DNA of 63,107 bases, counting the filler, from Lenisia limosa (lineage: Eukaryota; Protista; Breviatea), in assembly GCA_001655205.1 (NCBI GenBank). It is 11 parts of 11 records of this genome, joined end to end, with 100 filler letters (N's around TTAATTAATTAA, not from the genome) between each part and the next. Parts side by side here need not be neighbours in the genome. Positions count along the whole stretch, not along the records: positions 30,900 to 38,328 come from LPNZ01010242.1; positions 38,429 to 48,606 come from LPNZ01006876.1; positions 48,707 to 51,542 come from LPNZ01004870.1; 8 more parts are not named here. One strand, given 5' to 3'. The notes under the pieces are model-generated. The model ran no database searches and was not told the origin of the DNA. It worked only from the letters and a program-made list of their open reading frames with translations. Below are positions 38,081 to 50,054 of the stretch, piece after piece (position 1 is the stretch's first letter; each line of letters starts with the position of its first letter). A program made the translations under genes and the position numbers.

Positions 38081-41000
38081 AACAATAAAACTCAACTGGT
38101 ACTAGAGAGAGCGCAGCTTAAACACTCTCATATTATTTTTATATAATATACTATATAATTGCAATTCATATGATATCATTTTTGAGGATCATCTTCAGAA
38201 TTTACTTCAATTAAAAACAACGTCATTTTTGTTAGCAAAAAGAGTGTTACGACAATTTTCTTATATGCCATATTTTTAGCAAAATTTTTCGCATAGTTCA
38301 AATAAATTCACAGATAGAGAAAAATTCANNNNNNNNNNNNNNNNNNNNNNNNNNNNNNNNNNNNNNNNNNNNTTAATTAATTAANNNNNNNNNNNNNNNN
38401 NNNNNNNNNNNNNNNNNNNNNNNNNNNNATCTTCCCCTCCCCCCACCTTCCGTTATCATATTTTATATCATTTCTAAATTTGAAGACTAGGATAGTAATC
38501 TTACAGTGCGTTGCTTCAAGAGGAGCTCGTTATGGGATTTTTCCATTTGTAAAAGTTCTTCATTGGTTTTCACTGCATTAGAACGAATATCCTCAAGAAT
38601 GTGTCTTTCCAAGACCAATTTGTTCTGTGATTTCTAAAGTTGACTCAAAACATAAGAACTTGAAGAGAATCAGTTTTCTGACAGACTAAATTTTNNNNNN
38701 NNNNNNNNNNNNNNNNNNNNNNNNNNNNNNNNNNNNNNNNNNNNNNNNNNNNNNNNNNNNNNNNNNNNNNNNNNNNNNNNNNNNNNNNNNNNNNNNNNNN
38801 NNNNNNNNNNNNNNNNNNNNNNNNNNNNNNNNNNNNNNNNNNNNNNNNNNNNNNNNNNNNNNNNNNNNNNNNNNNNNNNNNNNNNNNNNNNNNNNNNNNN
38901 NNNNNNNNNNNNNNNNNNNNNNNNNNNNNNNNNNNNNNNNNNNNNNNCAAACGTTATTCATATCCCACCCCAACCCCAGTGTGCTTTTGTTTTACTCTTT
39001 CTTATTGGATCATACTTTGCTCTTCTAAGAATGGAATACAAAAAATCCCCCCTTCATTGACGATAGATTTGAAACACATGATCCACAGCACTCTAAAGTA
39101 AACCCGAGAACCTTCAAGGCAAAGTCAAGAAAACACAACAAATAAAATCAAGCGTAACAAGAATACGGAGGGATACCATAAAAACTCAATAGAACAAATT
39201 TGAGCAGGACTGGGTGACCTTGCTCAGTTTGTTTCTGTTCGAGTACCTCCGGTAAATGTTGTATGTACATGATATGATACCAAAAAAAAATACTATGATT
39301 TCATGCTGAACCACTTTTTGGTAAAATGAGGGTGGTTCAGTCCGAAGTAATTAAAATGACTCAAAAGGAAAATTCCGCTAGTTTTCCATATTCGGATAAC
39401 AAAGGTTTGAAATGCCCATTTTTTCGACTCAGGGGATGTTCAAATTTTGGTCATTTGGGTTTTGCTTATTTTACCTTTGGGTTTAAACATGATGATAATT
39501 TGTCTTGATGGCGCTGTGGGGCCAATTTATATTTGAAAATCCTGGGGGAGGCGTTATGCAGAATTTAAGTGTGAAAAATTTCCTCAGTGACCTTCTAAAC
39601 GTAACTCCAGGCCTTAGGAGCGCGTTGGAGAACTTCAATTCGGCCTTAAAACACTGTTTGGCCAGCCCTTACAACTTGATAGTCGCACAACCCCTAATAT
39701 GTTATTTCAAAGTTTAACAGGACACATATCTGCCTCAAAATCAATACTGAAAAAATCTTGAGCTTGAATCGTTCTTGGAGCATTTTTCAATTGATAGTCT
39801 TCCTCTCTTCCTTCTGATGCATTGAACATGATTCTTGTTCATATTCGTTCATTGTTTGACGGATTTTGAAGCTTGTGTTAAGAATTAATTTTAGTGAATG
39901 GTACTTTTGGCTGGATACTCGAGTTCCAGCGTCATTATCTCCTAAGCACCGTTTGCAGATGATATTGATAATGAGTGCAAAGATGTTGCTGAGGCCTGGT
40001 CAGCATTTTTTTAGTGAGGATAGGGATCAGCAACGTTAGAATGATTACTTTTGTGTTTAGTGTTAAGGAATACAAAGAGTAGCACAAATGTGCAAAATCT
40101 TTTTGGGCCCACAGCGGTATTCGTTTGTTTATATTTGTTACCCTTGATTTTTTATGTAATAATACACATTTTCAAAACATGACATTTGAGGAATCTGAAT
40201 ATACCAACACTGATTCATTGCCTCTTGTCAAACCGTATGCTGGGGAGGCACGCAGAAAGCTATTTGCACAGAGTTACAAGGCAAATGGTTGGGTGAAGTG
40301 ATACTATACAAGAATCCAATATCTCTTCTAAGCGTGATGGTGTGGACGGCTTCAACTTACTCCTCAACTGATCGATCACGCTGAAGACCTGTCCTTTGGG
40401 GAGAATCATGAATGGGGTTTTAGAATGAATTGATGAGTTTTTTTTTTATGATAAATGTCATATTTTTGATCATATTCATCATATCGATATACTTTATATA
40501 TTTTTTGATCATATTCATCATGTACTTTATGACATTCCGATGACGTGTCATCCCATATCTCCCACCCTTCTTACCCCCTTTATCCCCTTTGTCCCGTAAA
40601 TGATGTTTTATGCTTCTTTTCGATCACAGCGACAACATATGATTTTTTCGCGAAAAAAAGTCCCAAAACGAAAAATATGACTTTCTCATTTTCCCGAGGG
40701 TATCTGATAAATATGATGAGAATGATGACATTTATTATGTTTTTTTTACCCGCGGGGTCATAAAATATGACATTTATCATATTTATTGGACCGCAGGAAT
40801 AGGGTAAATGACATATCATTGTTCCCCACTTTTGTTAGAGAATAGTCATATTTTGCATTGTTCAGACAGAGAAGAAAATGGCAGCCTTTCCGCTGCACAG
40901 ACGGGCAGAAAGAAATGTTCATTGAGTCGCCTAAAATCTCTCATAATAATGCTTGGTTTTACAATTTTCATGATTGCAATAGAGGGAAAACAAGAAAATT

Positions 41001-43733
41001 TCAACTTTGGGGTTGGCCATCATCATATTTTGGTGAAGTCAGAACTGAACTGCATTTTTTGGAGGAAGATCTTACTTCACAAGAAGGTTTGTGACTTTAT
41101 TTACCCTGTTGATTTGACTTTAATAGGTTAAAACGGAGGATGTCTTCTATTCATCTGTTTAGTTGGTTGAAATCACCTACTCTCAGCCTTAATATTCAGA
41201 GTGTTACTTTTGAGAATGATTGACTGGAGCTTTTCAAGAATCTTCTCAAGGGCATTCTAAAAGTTGCTGGGTTTCTCCTTTACTCTTTTCTTATATATTC
41301 TCTCTGTAGTTGAAAGCACAATTACCCCCTTTATCCCCTTTGTCCCGAAAATGATGTTTTATGCTTCTAATAGTTCGATCAGAGCGACAAAATATGATTT
41401 TTCAAGAAAAAAACAATGATCCCAATACGAAAGATATGACTTTTTCCCTGGAGAATATGTAATGGCTATATGCATGAGTGGATATGAATATTATAATTGA
41501 TTATTGAAAGTGGTTCAGTCCTTTTTTTTATTTTGTAAAAAAATTGAAAAAATTGTGTAGTAATTACAATGACCCTTCGAGATAATATTGAAGGGTAGTT
41601 TTCCATATGAAACAACTTCGGGTAAAAAAAATTATAAATTCCCATCTTCCCGACTCAGGGAGATGTTCTACTTTGGAGGTTTTAGGGGGTTTTTTTTTAC
41701 CTTTTTGGAGTTTAAACGTAGTATTTGAGGACTGTAAATGACTATTGTAACTTGGCACAGACATCACTGCCATATTGCATATAGCCTCGTTTAGTCACAT
41801 TCCAGGCCATTTTTACCTATTATTAGAATCTTCATGTCTGGACTGTTTTTAACGAAAAATACCCTGCAGACAATACAATTTTTTCAATATTTTGCAAAAT
41901 AAAAAACAAGAATGAACCACCTTCAGGATGTTCAGAGTGCAGAACGTTACTTGTAAGCTAATCCATGTCATTGTGGTTGCCTAGTGATGCCATCTTCAAA
42001 GAGTGAAGAACATCCAGTTGGCAGCAGTGACAACTAAAACACATCACATAAATATGTGCTAAACAATATTTTCTAAGCACACCAGTTTTACATTTAAATA
42101 AAGGAGTTATGAGAAAGAGGGAGAAATCAGAAAAAATAAATGGTAGAACCTATTGTTTGTCAATTATACAACCCATCAAACCGGCGGCAATTGAGCGCGC
42201 TGGTCACAGATTGAACCAATAACCCTAAAAAGGTTAAAATTACCATAAAAGGAAAGTTATATTGTGCCTCGTGGATGAAGGGTCAACTTCAGTGATCTTT
42301 TTTGGAGGAAAGGAGGAAGGGAGGAAAGGCTGAGAAATATTATAAAGTTAGGATTAGAGTCAAAGCAGAGGGGGGGAAGGGTAAAAGGTGAACTTGGCTT
42401 CGAGTTAAGATAATCAACCAAGAGAGTTGCTGAGATTTCTTCGGTTTATGCACTAAACCAAGCTTTGGGTTTAGAAGGGTTTCTTTAAGGTAGCCTCTCA
42501 ATAAGGAGTAACATCGGACACAAGCTTGGCCTTGGATACGGATAGGGACTCATTGAGGATAACTACTTCCTGGGCTTATGGGACAACAAATATTCATACT
42601 TTGGCTTGCTAAACAAAACTTAGCAGAGTATTGAAAATAAAGGTGTTACCAAAATGACGGAAAGGGCTACTATAATTCTTATATCAAATATGCACCTCAT
42701 AACACATCTACATCTACAAACTCATCATGTTTCACAAGACAGGCTCTAATACCCCCTTTTTGTTTAAGCGGAGGAACGATTCTCTAGCCCGTGTCACATT
42801 CCGATCACCTTGGCTAGTTAGGCCGGCCTTTGTCCAAGCAGACCCATCATATTGTTGGCACCATATTACCAAAAAGATTGAACGTTTCATCTATCTTTTA
42901 AAATACACTTTCGTGTTTAGCAGAAATAAAGAGAAGAAATATTGTTGCAATGATCAGTAAGCCGTTGTGATCTAACAGTTCAAACATCGCAACCTTTGCA
43001 AGTACCGTTTATTGGTAAACACTAACTTTGCATACACCAATCCTACAAAAAGGCGATTGTCACTACTCATGGTCAAAAAGGTCAAAGGTATCAAAAATCA
43101 AAAATATAAATTTAAAAAAACTGGACCAGTAGCCAGGTCATGTTTGAATCAACAACAGCCTGTTCTAATGTACTCAGAAAAACTCGAATATTACACGAGT
43201 AGCTTGAACAGGAAAAGTAATACCACGCTCAAAAACAGTACAATTAGAGTTGCTACAATGATACAATTAGGGGGCAAGAACGCACTAAAACACCCCTTGA
43301 TTCATGACGGAACTCATCTCAGAGACATACGGAAGAAGTGACCGCAGTCAGCACCCCAGTGTATTGCTCTTCAAATAGAAAGGTATCTGAGATGAGTATG
43401 AGCCATTTTTTTAAGCAAAAATTGAGTTAATTTTTTTATCAAACCGATTCAAATACTTCTCTCAAAATCATTCTTATCTGTAAGGAACTTGAAGTAGAAA
43501 ACTGTTTAAAGAGCAAATAATCTGAAAACCCTTCTCTATTTCTGATATCAAAGGCTCCAAGAGATCAAACCCGAAGTCAATCTATTTCATTCAAAAAAAA
43601 ACATAAGAAAAAGAAAACAAAATTCCTCTTTGGTTTCTCTTTAAAATCATTTCAAGGAATCAACCTCTTCTTAAAAAAGCTGTAAATATTGTATTACTGT
43701 GATCAGTCAAACATCAAAAGAAGACAAAATCCA

Positions 43734-44552
43734 TCAGACTTGCACCCAAAAACTCACATGATATATTAAATCAAGTGACAATTCAAACGCCTCCTCTGCT
43801 TCAGAATTTTCAGCCTTAATAAACCAAGTATTATCCACCTGTAATAGAGAAACCTCTTTGTCCAAGTTTTGAAGAACTTTCAATTGGGACTGTTGCTCAT
43901 GAGTAGAGTTTTCAAGGCATAATTGCAGATTATATAAACTGCTGTTATAAATGGAAGTTCCAATAATATCTTCCAAATACAAACTTAAAAAAAAAAAAAA
44001 AAAAANNNNNNNNNNNNNNNNNGTTTCATCTGCGATATCATTTCTACTTCCCCTTGCAAGATTAAAAATCATATTACAGCTAAAATCAACCTATTATTCT
44101 CAAGATCCACTCCTTTGGATTTGAGAAAGTCTGAAACCCCTTTAAAGCTCACTTTGTTTTCGTTCAGTAGGTAATAACTATCCCCACTCCTCTTTGCAAC
44201 TCGCGAAACTTTCACTTCTATTGGTGGTCCATCGTTTTTCTTTGTCAATAAAAAAATAAAAAAAACTTCAAGAAAATGAACATCGACTTGACAATAACCA
44301 TAAGAAGCTGAATTTGACTGATGAATTAATTCCGATATTTTTTTTAACCGAATTTTTGAAGCCCTAAAACCAAAAACAAACAAGATAGCGTCAATAAGAT
44401 TTGACTTTCCACTTCCATTTGGGCCAACAACAGAAGAAAACTTCAACAAAAAAGGGAAAGCAAAAAACCTCATGAAATGGCCCTACAGTAACGACTCCTG
44501 CATAAGACTTAAAATTAGTTAAGACTAATTTTGACAAAATAAAAGGACACAT
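43734..44552 (-). CDS. SMC4: SMC4-like protein, N-terminal ATPase head and start of coiled coil; downstream portion divergent or unresolved
   Basis: Reads MCPFILSKLVLTNFKSYAG..GPFH / FSSVVGPNGSGKSNLIDAILFVFGFRASKIR / KGVDLENNR-FLILQGEVEMISQMK / LYLEDIIGT, with introns of 21-28 nt. Confidence 0.85.
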
Positions 44553-44929
44553 GACAAATAAGCTCGATTTAAGCTATGGGCAATAATAAGTTTCTTTGCT
44601 TCTGCTCTTCTGCTGGAGCTTCCTTCGTCGCTTCGTCGGGCTCTGGGCTAAGGGAGTGGGAGGTATAATATTCTTCTAGCATGGGGTGGTAGAATATATT
44701 ATATCTGGGGGATATCGACCTTTTGAGTATATGCGCAGGTTCCAGCACAACCCGCTCCTCGATTGACAAATAAACTTGATTGCGCGGGTCTAAAGGAAAT
44801 CTTATTGACGCTGTGACCTGCACGGGCTTTTTGGGTCCAATCGTTCACTAAATTATACCACTGGCAGTAGGCACACCCCGGATGAGTACCGAAACAGCCC
44901 TTTTCCTGTATCAATAGTAACAATCCTTT

Positions 44930-45200
44930 GTCATCAGCAACACTCCTGTCAATTGCAACACTCTCGCATCATCAGCAGCACTCCTGCATAAACAGCAACA
45001 ATCCTATATCATCAGCAACACTCTTGTATCATTAGCAACACTCCTGCATCATCAGCAACAATCCTGTGTCATCAGCAACAACCCTGCATCAGCAACAATC
45101 CTGTATCACCAACAACAACCCTGTATCAATAGCAACAGTCCTGTATCATCAGCAACACTCCTATATCATCAGCAACACTCCTGCATCATCAGCACATTCC
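44930..45200 (+). repeat. Degenerate ~21-bp minisatellite (catcagcaacactcctgtatc-like), about a dozen units
   Basis: Read directly from the sequence. Confidence 0.85.
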
Positions 45201-47349
45201 TTCTGCGTCAGTAACACCTTCATAGTAAGCAACCCCCCCCCTTGAGGAGAAACCAAATTTGAGGTTCCCACAAACCTGTGGATTACTGGCTGTTTAAGTG
45301 TAAGGTAGTGTGCCGCTTTGGTAGAGTGGCTTTGTTTAAACCTGTATACTGTAAAACTAAATTACAATAATGTCTATAATAATTTGTTCTTCTTCGCTCG
45401 CTGTATTCTTTCTTCTTCTTTAAACACACAAAAATTCCCATAGGAGTTCCTTCGATCAAAGATCGGTCCATCAAGAGAGGGTCTATTTTCACCCATTTTC
45501 ACTGAACACTTCACGGTGTTTCAGTCATTCAGTCAGTTTCTATGTTTGTGTTTTAAGAAGAAACTTGATAGAAACAAAACAATATTGTTATGATGATATT
45601 TGTGGAGCTTGTGTGGGGCTCTCGTTGTCATTTTGGAGTTTCTTTGGTTTACAATAATCCCTGAGTCCCTCATTCATTTGATACAGAAAATAATACACAC
45701 ACAATTAATAAACTAAACCCAAACAAGAAAATTAGACAAGCATATGGAGGGAGACCTCGTTTTTGAGACGATGGGCCTCAACCTTTTGCCTTGACTGGTC
45801 AGACAAGTTTTGGGCCAAGGTACAAACTGACACAAGGTCCTCCATTGGTTGGACTATTTCGACAGGATCAGAAAGGCAGTTGAGGATCCTTGCTGGAACC
45901 TTGGGGCTGGTACACTGTGACTTCGGGAGCTTTTTGATAAGCCTTAATCAATACCACTGAGAGGCACTGGCCGGAAATGGGCTCAAAATCAGAAATGTCT
46001 GAAATTGACTTGTTCTAAAATGATTGATTAGTATTGAAGCAACTTAACTGAGAGTATATACTAGGAATAAAATATAGTACAGTGTAAATAAAACAGTCTG
46101 TTGAGAAGTAATAACAATCACGTAGAATCATTCTTGCATTGGAGTACCTGAATATCCAGTGCGTTGGTACAGCTTGCTGCATTTTGCACCAGAAACACAT
46201 GCCTATCTCTCTTCTAGTTGCAGAGGACTTTTACGAATACTCCCTAAATTTTGTGAATGGGAGAAGTTCCATGAAAAGAGTATAATATTGTACTAAGAAT
46301 TCCTTCAACTGGAAACTCATACTGTCTGAGTGCTTGGGTCACTGGGTGCAGTATTTCGCTTACCACTTCCTTTCTATCAAGAAATGACACACAATCTAAA
46401 GGGCAAACGTTCTATTTGAACACCTTTAAACTCCTGGAAAATGACAAGGCCTTTCCTTCTAGAATAATCTATTTCTTTATTGTAACAGAAATTGCCATAG
46501 AATGAGGTCATTGCAGCATAATAGTACAAGTAATAAACGGTGTTTCAAAAAAAAGGTGAAATGACATACTCTACAAAAATAGTGACCCAAGTGGGTGAAA
46601 ATATATCATAGGTGAAGGTACATAATTGTGTCCAGTCACATTATTGTGTCCACTTTTAAAATTTTCCGTATTTTTTACTGGGCGCAAGTATTTGGTTTCT
46701 TTTTGACCAAAATCTACCCCTTAACACACTCTTTTAAAAAAAGATTTCGAGTATTTTAACTGTAAACTGTCCTTTTCAAAATTAGTTTATTTATGCGCAA
46801 GTTTGACGACTGCTTTCACAAGCTTCCTGAAAAAGTATGCTGGTGAAATTAAAAAATTAATATCTTTATTCCTTGAATGATATAACATTTACGCTGTATC
46901 ACTGTATGGAGCGAAATCATGATCTACTCTTCAGTTCTTTTCACAATTGAACCAGTATTCAAAAAAAATCACTTTTTTTAGAAGCAACACAAGTATGAGT
47001 GGCTTCGCATTGAGGTCAGAAAACAGAGGACAAGGTTTGAAAAATTGCATCTTTGAAAATTATTTGTAATGACGTGGGAAGAGAAGTACCTTCATTTAGA
47101 GACATTCAGACAATGTTGAATGTTGGAGGGGTGTATAGTTTCTTGAATCACCGCCTGTGCTTCTTGTTTCATCACCTGCCTAGCTATCTTCAAAAACTCT
47201 TGTTGGAAAGTACTTGAATGGAGAAGNNNNNNNNNNNNNNNNNNNNNNNNNNNNNNNNNNNNNNNNNNNNNNNNNNNNNNNNNNNNNNNNNNNNNNNNNN
47301 NNNNNNNNNNNNNNNNNNNNNNNNNNNNNNNNNNNNNNNNNNNNNNNNN

Positions 47350-48586
47350 AATACTTTTTACCTATTCAGGCGTCAGACATCATCACTAAACACACTGGGG
47401 AAAAGCCAACTTACAGTAAAAACTGGTTTCCAAGATTTCTGAAACAGTTTCCACTTTTAAAATTGAGAGTAGGAGGGCTGTATTGGTAAAAAGAATGGTA
47501 CGTACTGCCCTCCCCATTAATTAATTTAGAGGCCCAATTCCCTTGATAAGGCCAGGTCAACTGCTATGGATGCTGCAATATATATGCAGCATATCGCTGC
47601 TCTCTCCAAGGTCCTTGTCAACCATGAAGTGCATCCAAAATTGATTTACAATTGTGTGATTGACATATCAGAGAATAAGCCTCCAAAAGTTGTCACACTG
47701 AAAGAAATGAAGAACGTCTACAAAAGAAACCAAGGCGGCCAAGTTACTCACATCACGCTCACAGCCACAATCAGGTGAAAGGGTTTTGTTACTCTTTCAC
47801 AGGACTACCTTTGAGAAACATGAATAACATTTATAGCACCAACCTCAGCTGTGTCCTTCCTGTTTTCTTGGTTGGTCAAAAGACCTCCTCTCCAGAGAAC
47901 AGCGTACTTGAAGAACACGGTGCTAAGCTGATTTAGGCTCCAAATGGATGACAGGTACTTGGAATATGTTATTTGTTTAGAATGACAAGCTTATTTTACT
48001 CTTGTAGACGGTTAAATCATTCACAGAGTACGTTTGTGACACTTTCATACCTGCAGTTGAGGCGGATAGGGCGAGGTTTGATCTGCCTTCCACTGCTCCT
48101 GCTCTATTTATCGTGGATGGTCATACCTCCCGATATGCACCAGTTGCACTGGAAGCCCTCAGGCATCATCACATCTTCGTTTACATGCTACCATCCCATT
48201 CTTCCCAAGCCACCCAACCCCTAGATCTTGTGACCTTTGGAATCTTGAAGTGCGTCCTCCCCAATATTCTGAAGGACTTGCTGTCAAGAAACACACCTAT
48301 GGACATTAGTTCTTCTGCGATTAAAAGGTGCTGCGCGATCAAGTCTTCCCTAGAGGGCCTGCATATTGCAACCTCCAAGGACAACATTAAGTCAGCGTTT
48401 GCTCGAGCATCCCTCATTGTGACTTCTTTTCCTGAACCAAGGCTTACCGCCGACCCCGCCAAGACCGCCCCGCACCCGCCAAACCCGGAGCGCGCAATTG
48501 CCCACGCCCTCCAACCTCCTCCACGAACGGCCCTACTCTTGCCTGGTGAACACACCGGCTTTGATACAGCTCATCAGGTCTGCTAA
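47350..48586 (+). pseudogene. Decayed pogo/Tigger-like (DDE_1, CENP-B-type HTH) transposase
   Basis: Contains YSKNWFPRFLK (HTH end), KLIYN..THITLTATI and LFIVDGHTSRY..IFVYMLPSHSSQATQPLDLVTFGILK. In-frame stops and frameshifts fall between 47778 and 48040. Confidence 0.85.
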
Positions 48587-48759
48587 AGACGAATTGTCGA
48601 CTGCCGNNNNNNNNNNNNNNNNNNNNNNNNNNNNNNNNNNNNNNNNNNNNTTAATTAATTAANNNNNNNNNNNNNNNNNNNNNNNNNNNNNNNNNNNNNN
48701 NNNNNNCTTTATTCCCCCCCTCTCTCACTCTCAAGGCTTTATTCTGCTTGACGGTTTTG

Positions 48760-49596
48760 AATATTTGGAGGACAGCAATGTGGTGTGCACAATCCAACCT
48801 CGGGCGTTCCAGTAGGCGGTTTTTGTCGCCAATAGAGTTGATTTTGGTCTTAGGTTATTTGATTCTAATACCACAATTGTCCAATTTTACCCCCCCCCCC
48901 CCNNNNNNNNNNNNNNNNNNNNNNNNNNNNNNNNNNNNNNNNNNNNNNNNNNNNNNNNNNNNNNNNNNNNNNNNNNNNNNNNNNNNNNNNNNNNNNNNNN
49001 NNNNNNNNNNNNNNNNNNNNNNNNNNNNNNNNNNNNNNNNNNNNNNNNNNNNNNNNNNNNNNNNNNNNNNNNNNNNNNNNNNNNNNNNNNNNNNNNNNNN
49101 NNNNNNNNNNNNNNNNNNNNNNNNNNNNNNNNNNNNNNNAGGTAGGATACTTTTAGGATGAGAGAGTTAAAGGTGTTTGGATTCTACCAAGGTGAGTATA
49201 ATTATAAAGATGGAAATGGGGGATGCATGCAGAACAGAGGTTAGGCAAATGATGGGGTGAATTCATATTATAATTCAATATCGCTTAAGCGTGATGGTGT
49301 GGACGTCTTCGGCCAAATACAACCTTGTTTTTTATTTCCACTTGCTATAGTATATCTATCCTATATTGTACAACATCCCATAGTTGATCATGAATATATG
49401 TATCTCCCCACATCCAATCAAAATGTTCCTTACTTCCCAGTTGACCATTCCTACTTGGACTCGTTCTTACACCCTAGTTGACCATGCCTACTTGGACTCC
49501 TTCCCGGTTCTATCGCACAGCAAGCTGCCAACCCTCAGCATGGTCCGAGTCAATGCCTCGATTGACTACTCCGTCTTCCCAACTGCCACTGTCTGA
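48760..49596 (+). CDS. 3' exons of an unidentified protein
   Basis: Exon-like YLEDSNVVCTIQPRAF and a terminal VDHAYLDSFPVLSHSKLPTLSMVRVNASIDYSVFPTATV-stop. Confidence 0.35.
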
Positions 49597-49807
49597 GGCG
49601 TAGTATTCCGTGTTGGACTATACACCGTGAACTGTCATTTTCTACGATGAAATATGAGATAGATGATAGAAATTACAGTAATATGATGACAGAAACATGA
49701 TAGAAATGACAGAAATATGATAGATGACAGAAATATGATAGAAATGACCCCTCAGCTTCTTGGTGAACCATGGTGCCTCCACCAAACAGGGCGAGCGCGT
49801 GGCAAGT

Positions 49808-49925
49808 ACGTTTCCCTGGTGTGTATGGGGAAGTTAGAAGGACGTTTCCCTGGTGTGTATGGGGAAGTTAGAAGAACGTTTCCCTGGTGTGTATGAGGGA
49901 AGTTAGAAGGACGTTTCACTGGTAT
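49808..49925 (+). repeat. ~34-bp tandem repeat (acgtttccctggtgtgtatggggaagttagaagg), about 3.5 copies
   Basis: Read directly from the sequence; no spacers. Confidence 0.9.
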
Positions 49926-50054
49926 GTTTGTAGGGTGGGGGACTGTGTGGGGTTAATGTGAATGTTTTTTGTTTCTTTGTTTTTTTTTGGGGGGTGGCAT
50001 ATCCCAACTAAGTGCACGGATCCCCGAGTTTTTACGATATTAGGACCCAGTGAT

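Noticed and set aside
39570-43700. Possible stop-codon reassignment (some frames read through TGA/TAA into protein-like text)
   Set aside because: No conserved motif anchors a stop codon at a conserved residue. TAG, TGA and TAA all end well-supported genes elsewhere (CoADR, ankyrin, IQCG). Unresolved tiny introns or decay explain the pattern better.
23420-49925. 27-bp, 34-bp and 21-bp tandem repeats as possible CRISPR arrays
   Set aside because: Units are head-to-tail with no unique spacers, there are no cas genes, and the context is eukaryotic.
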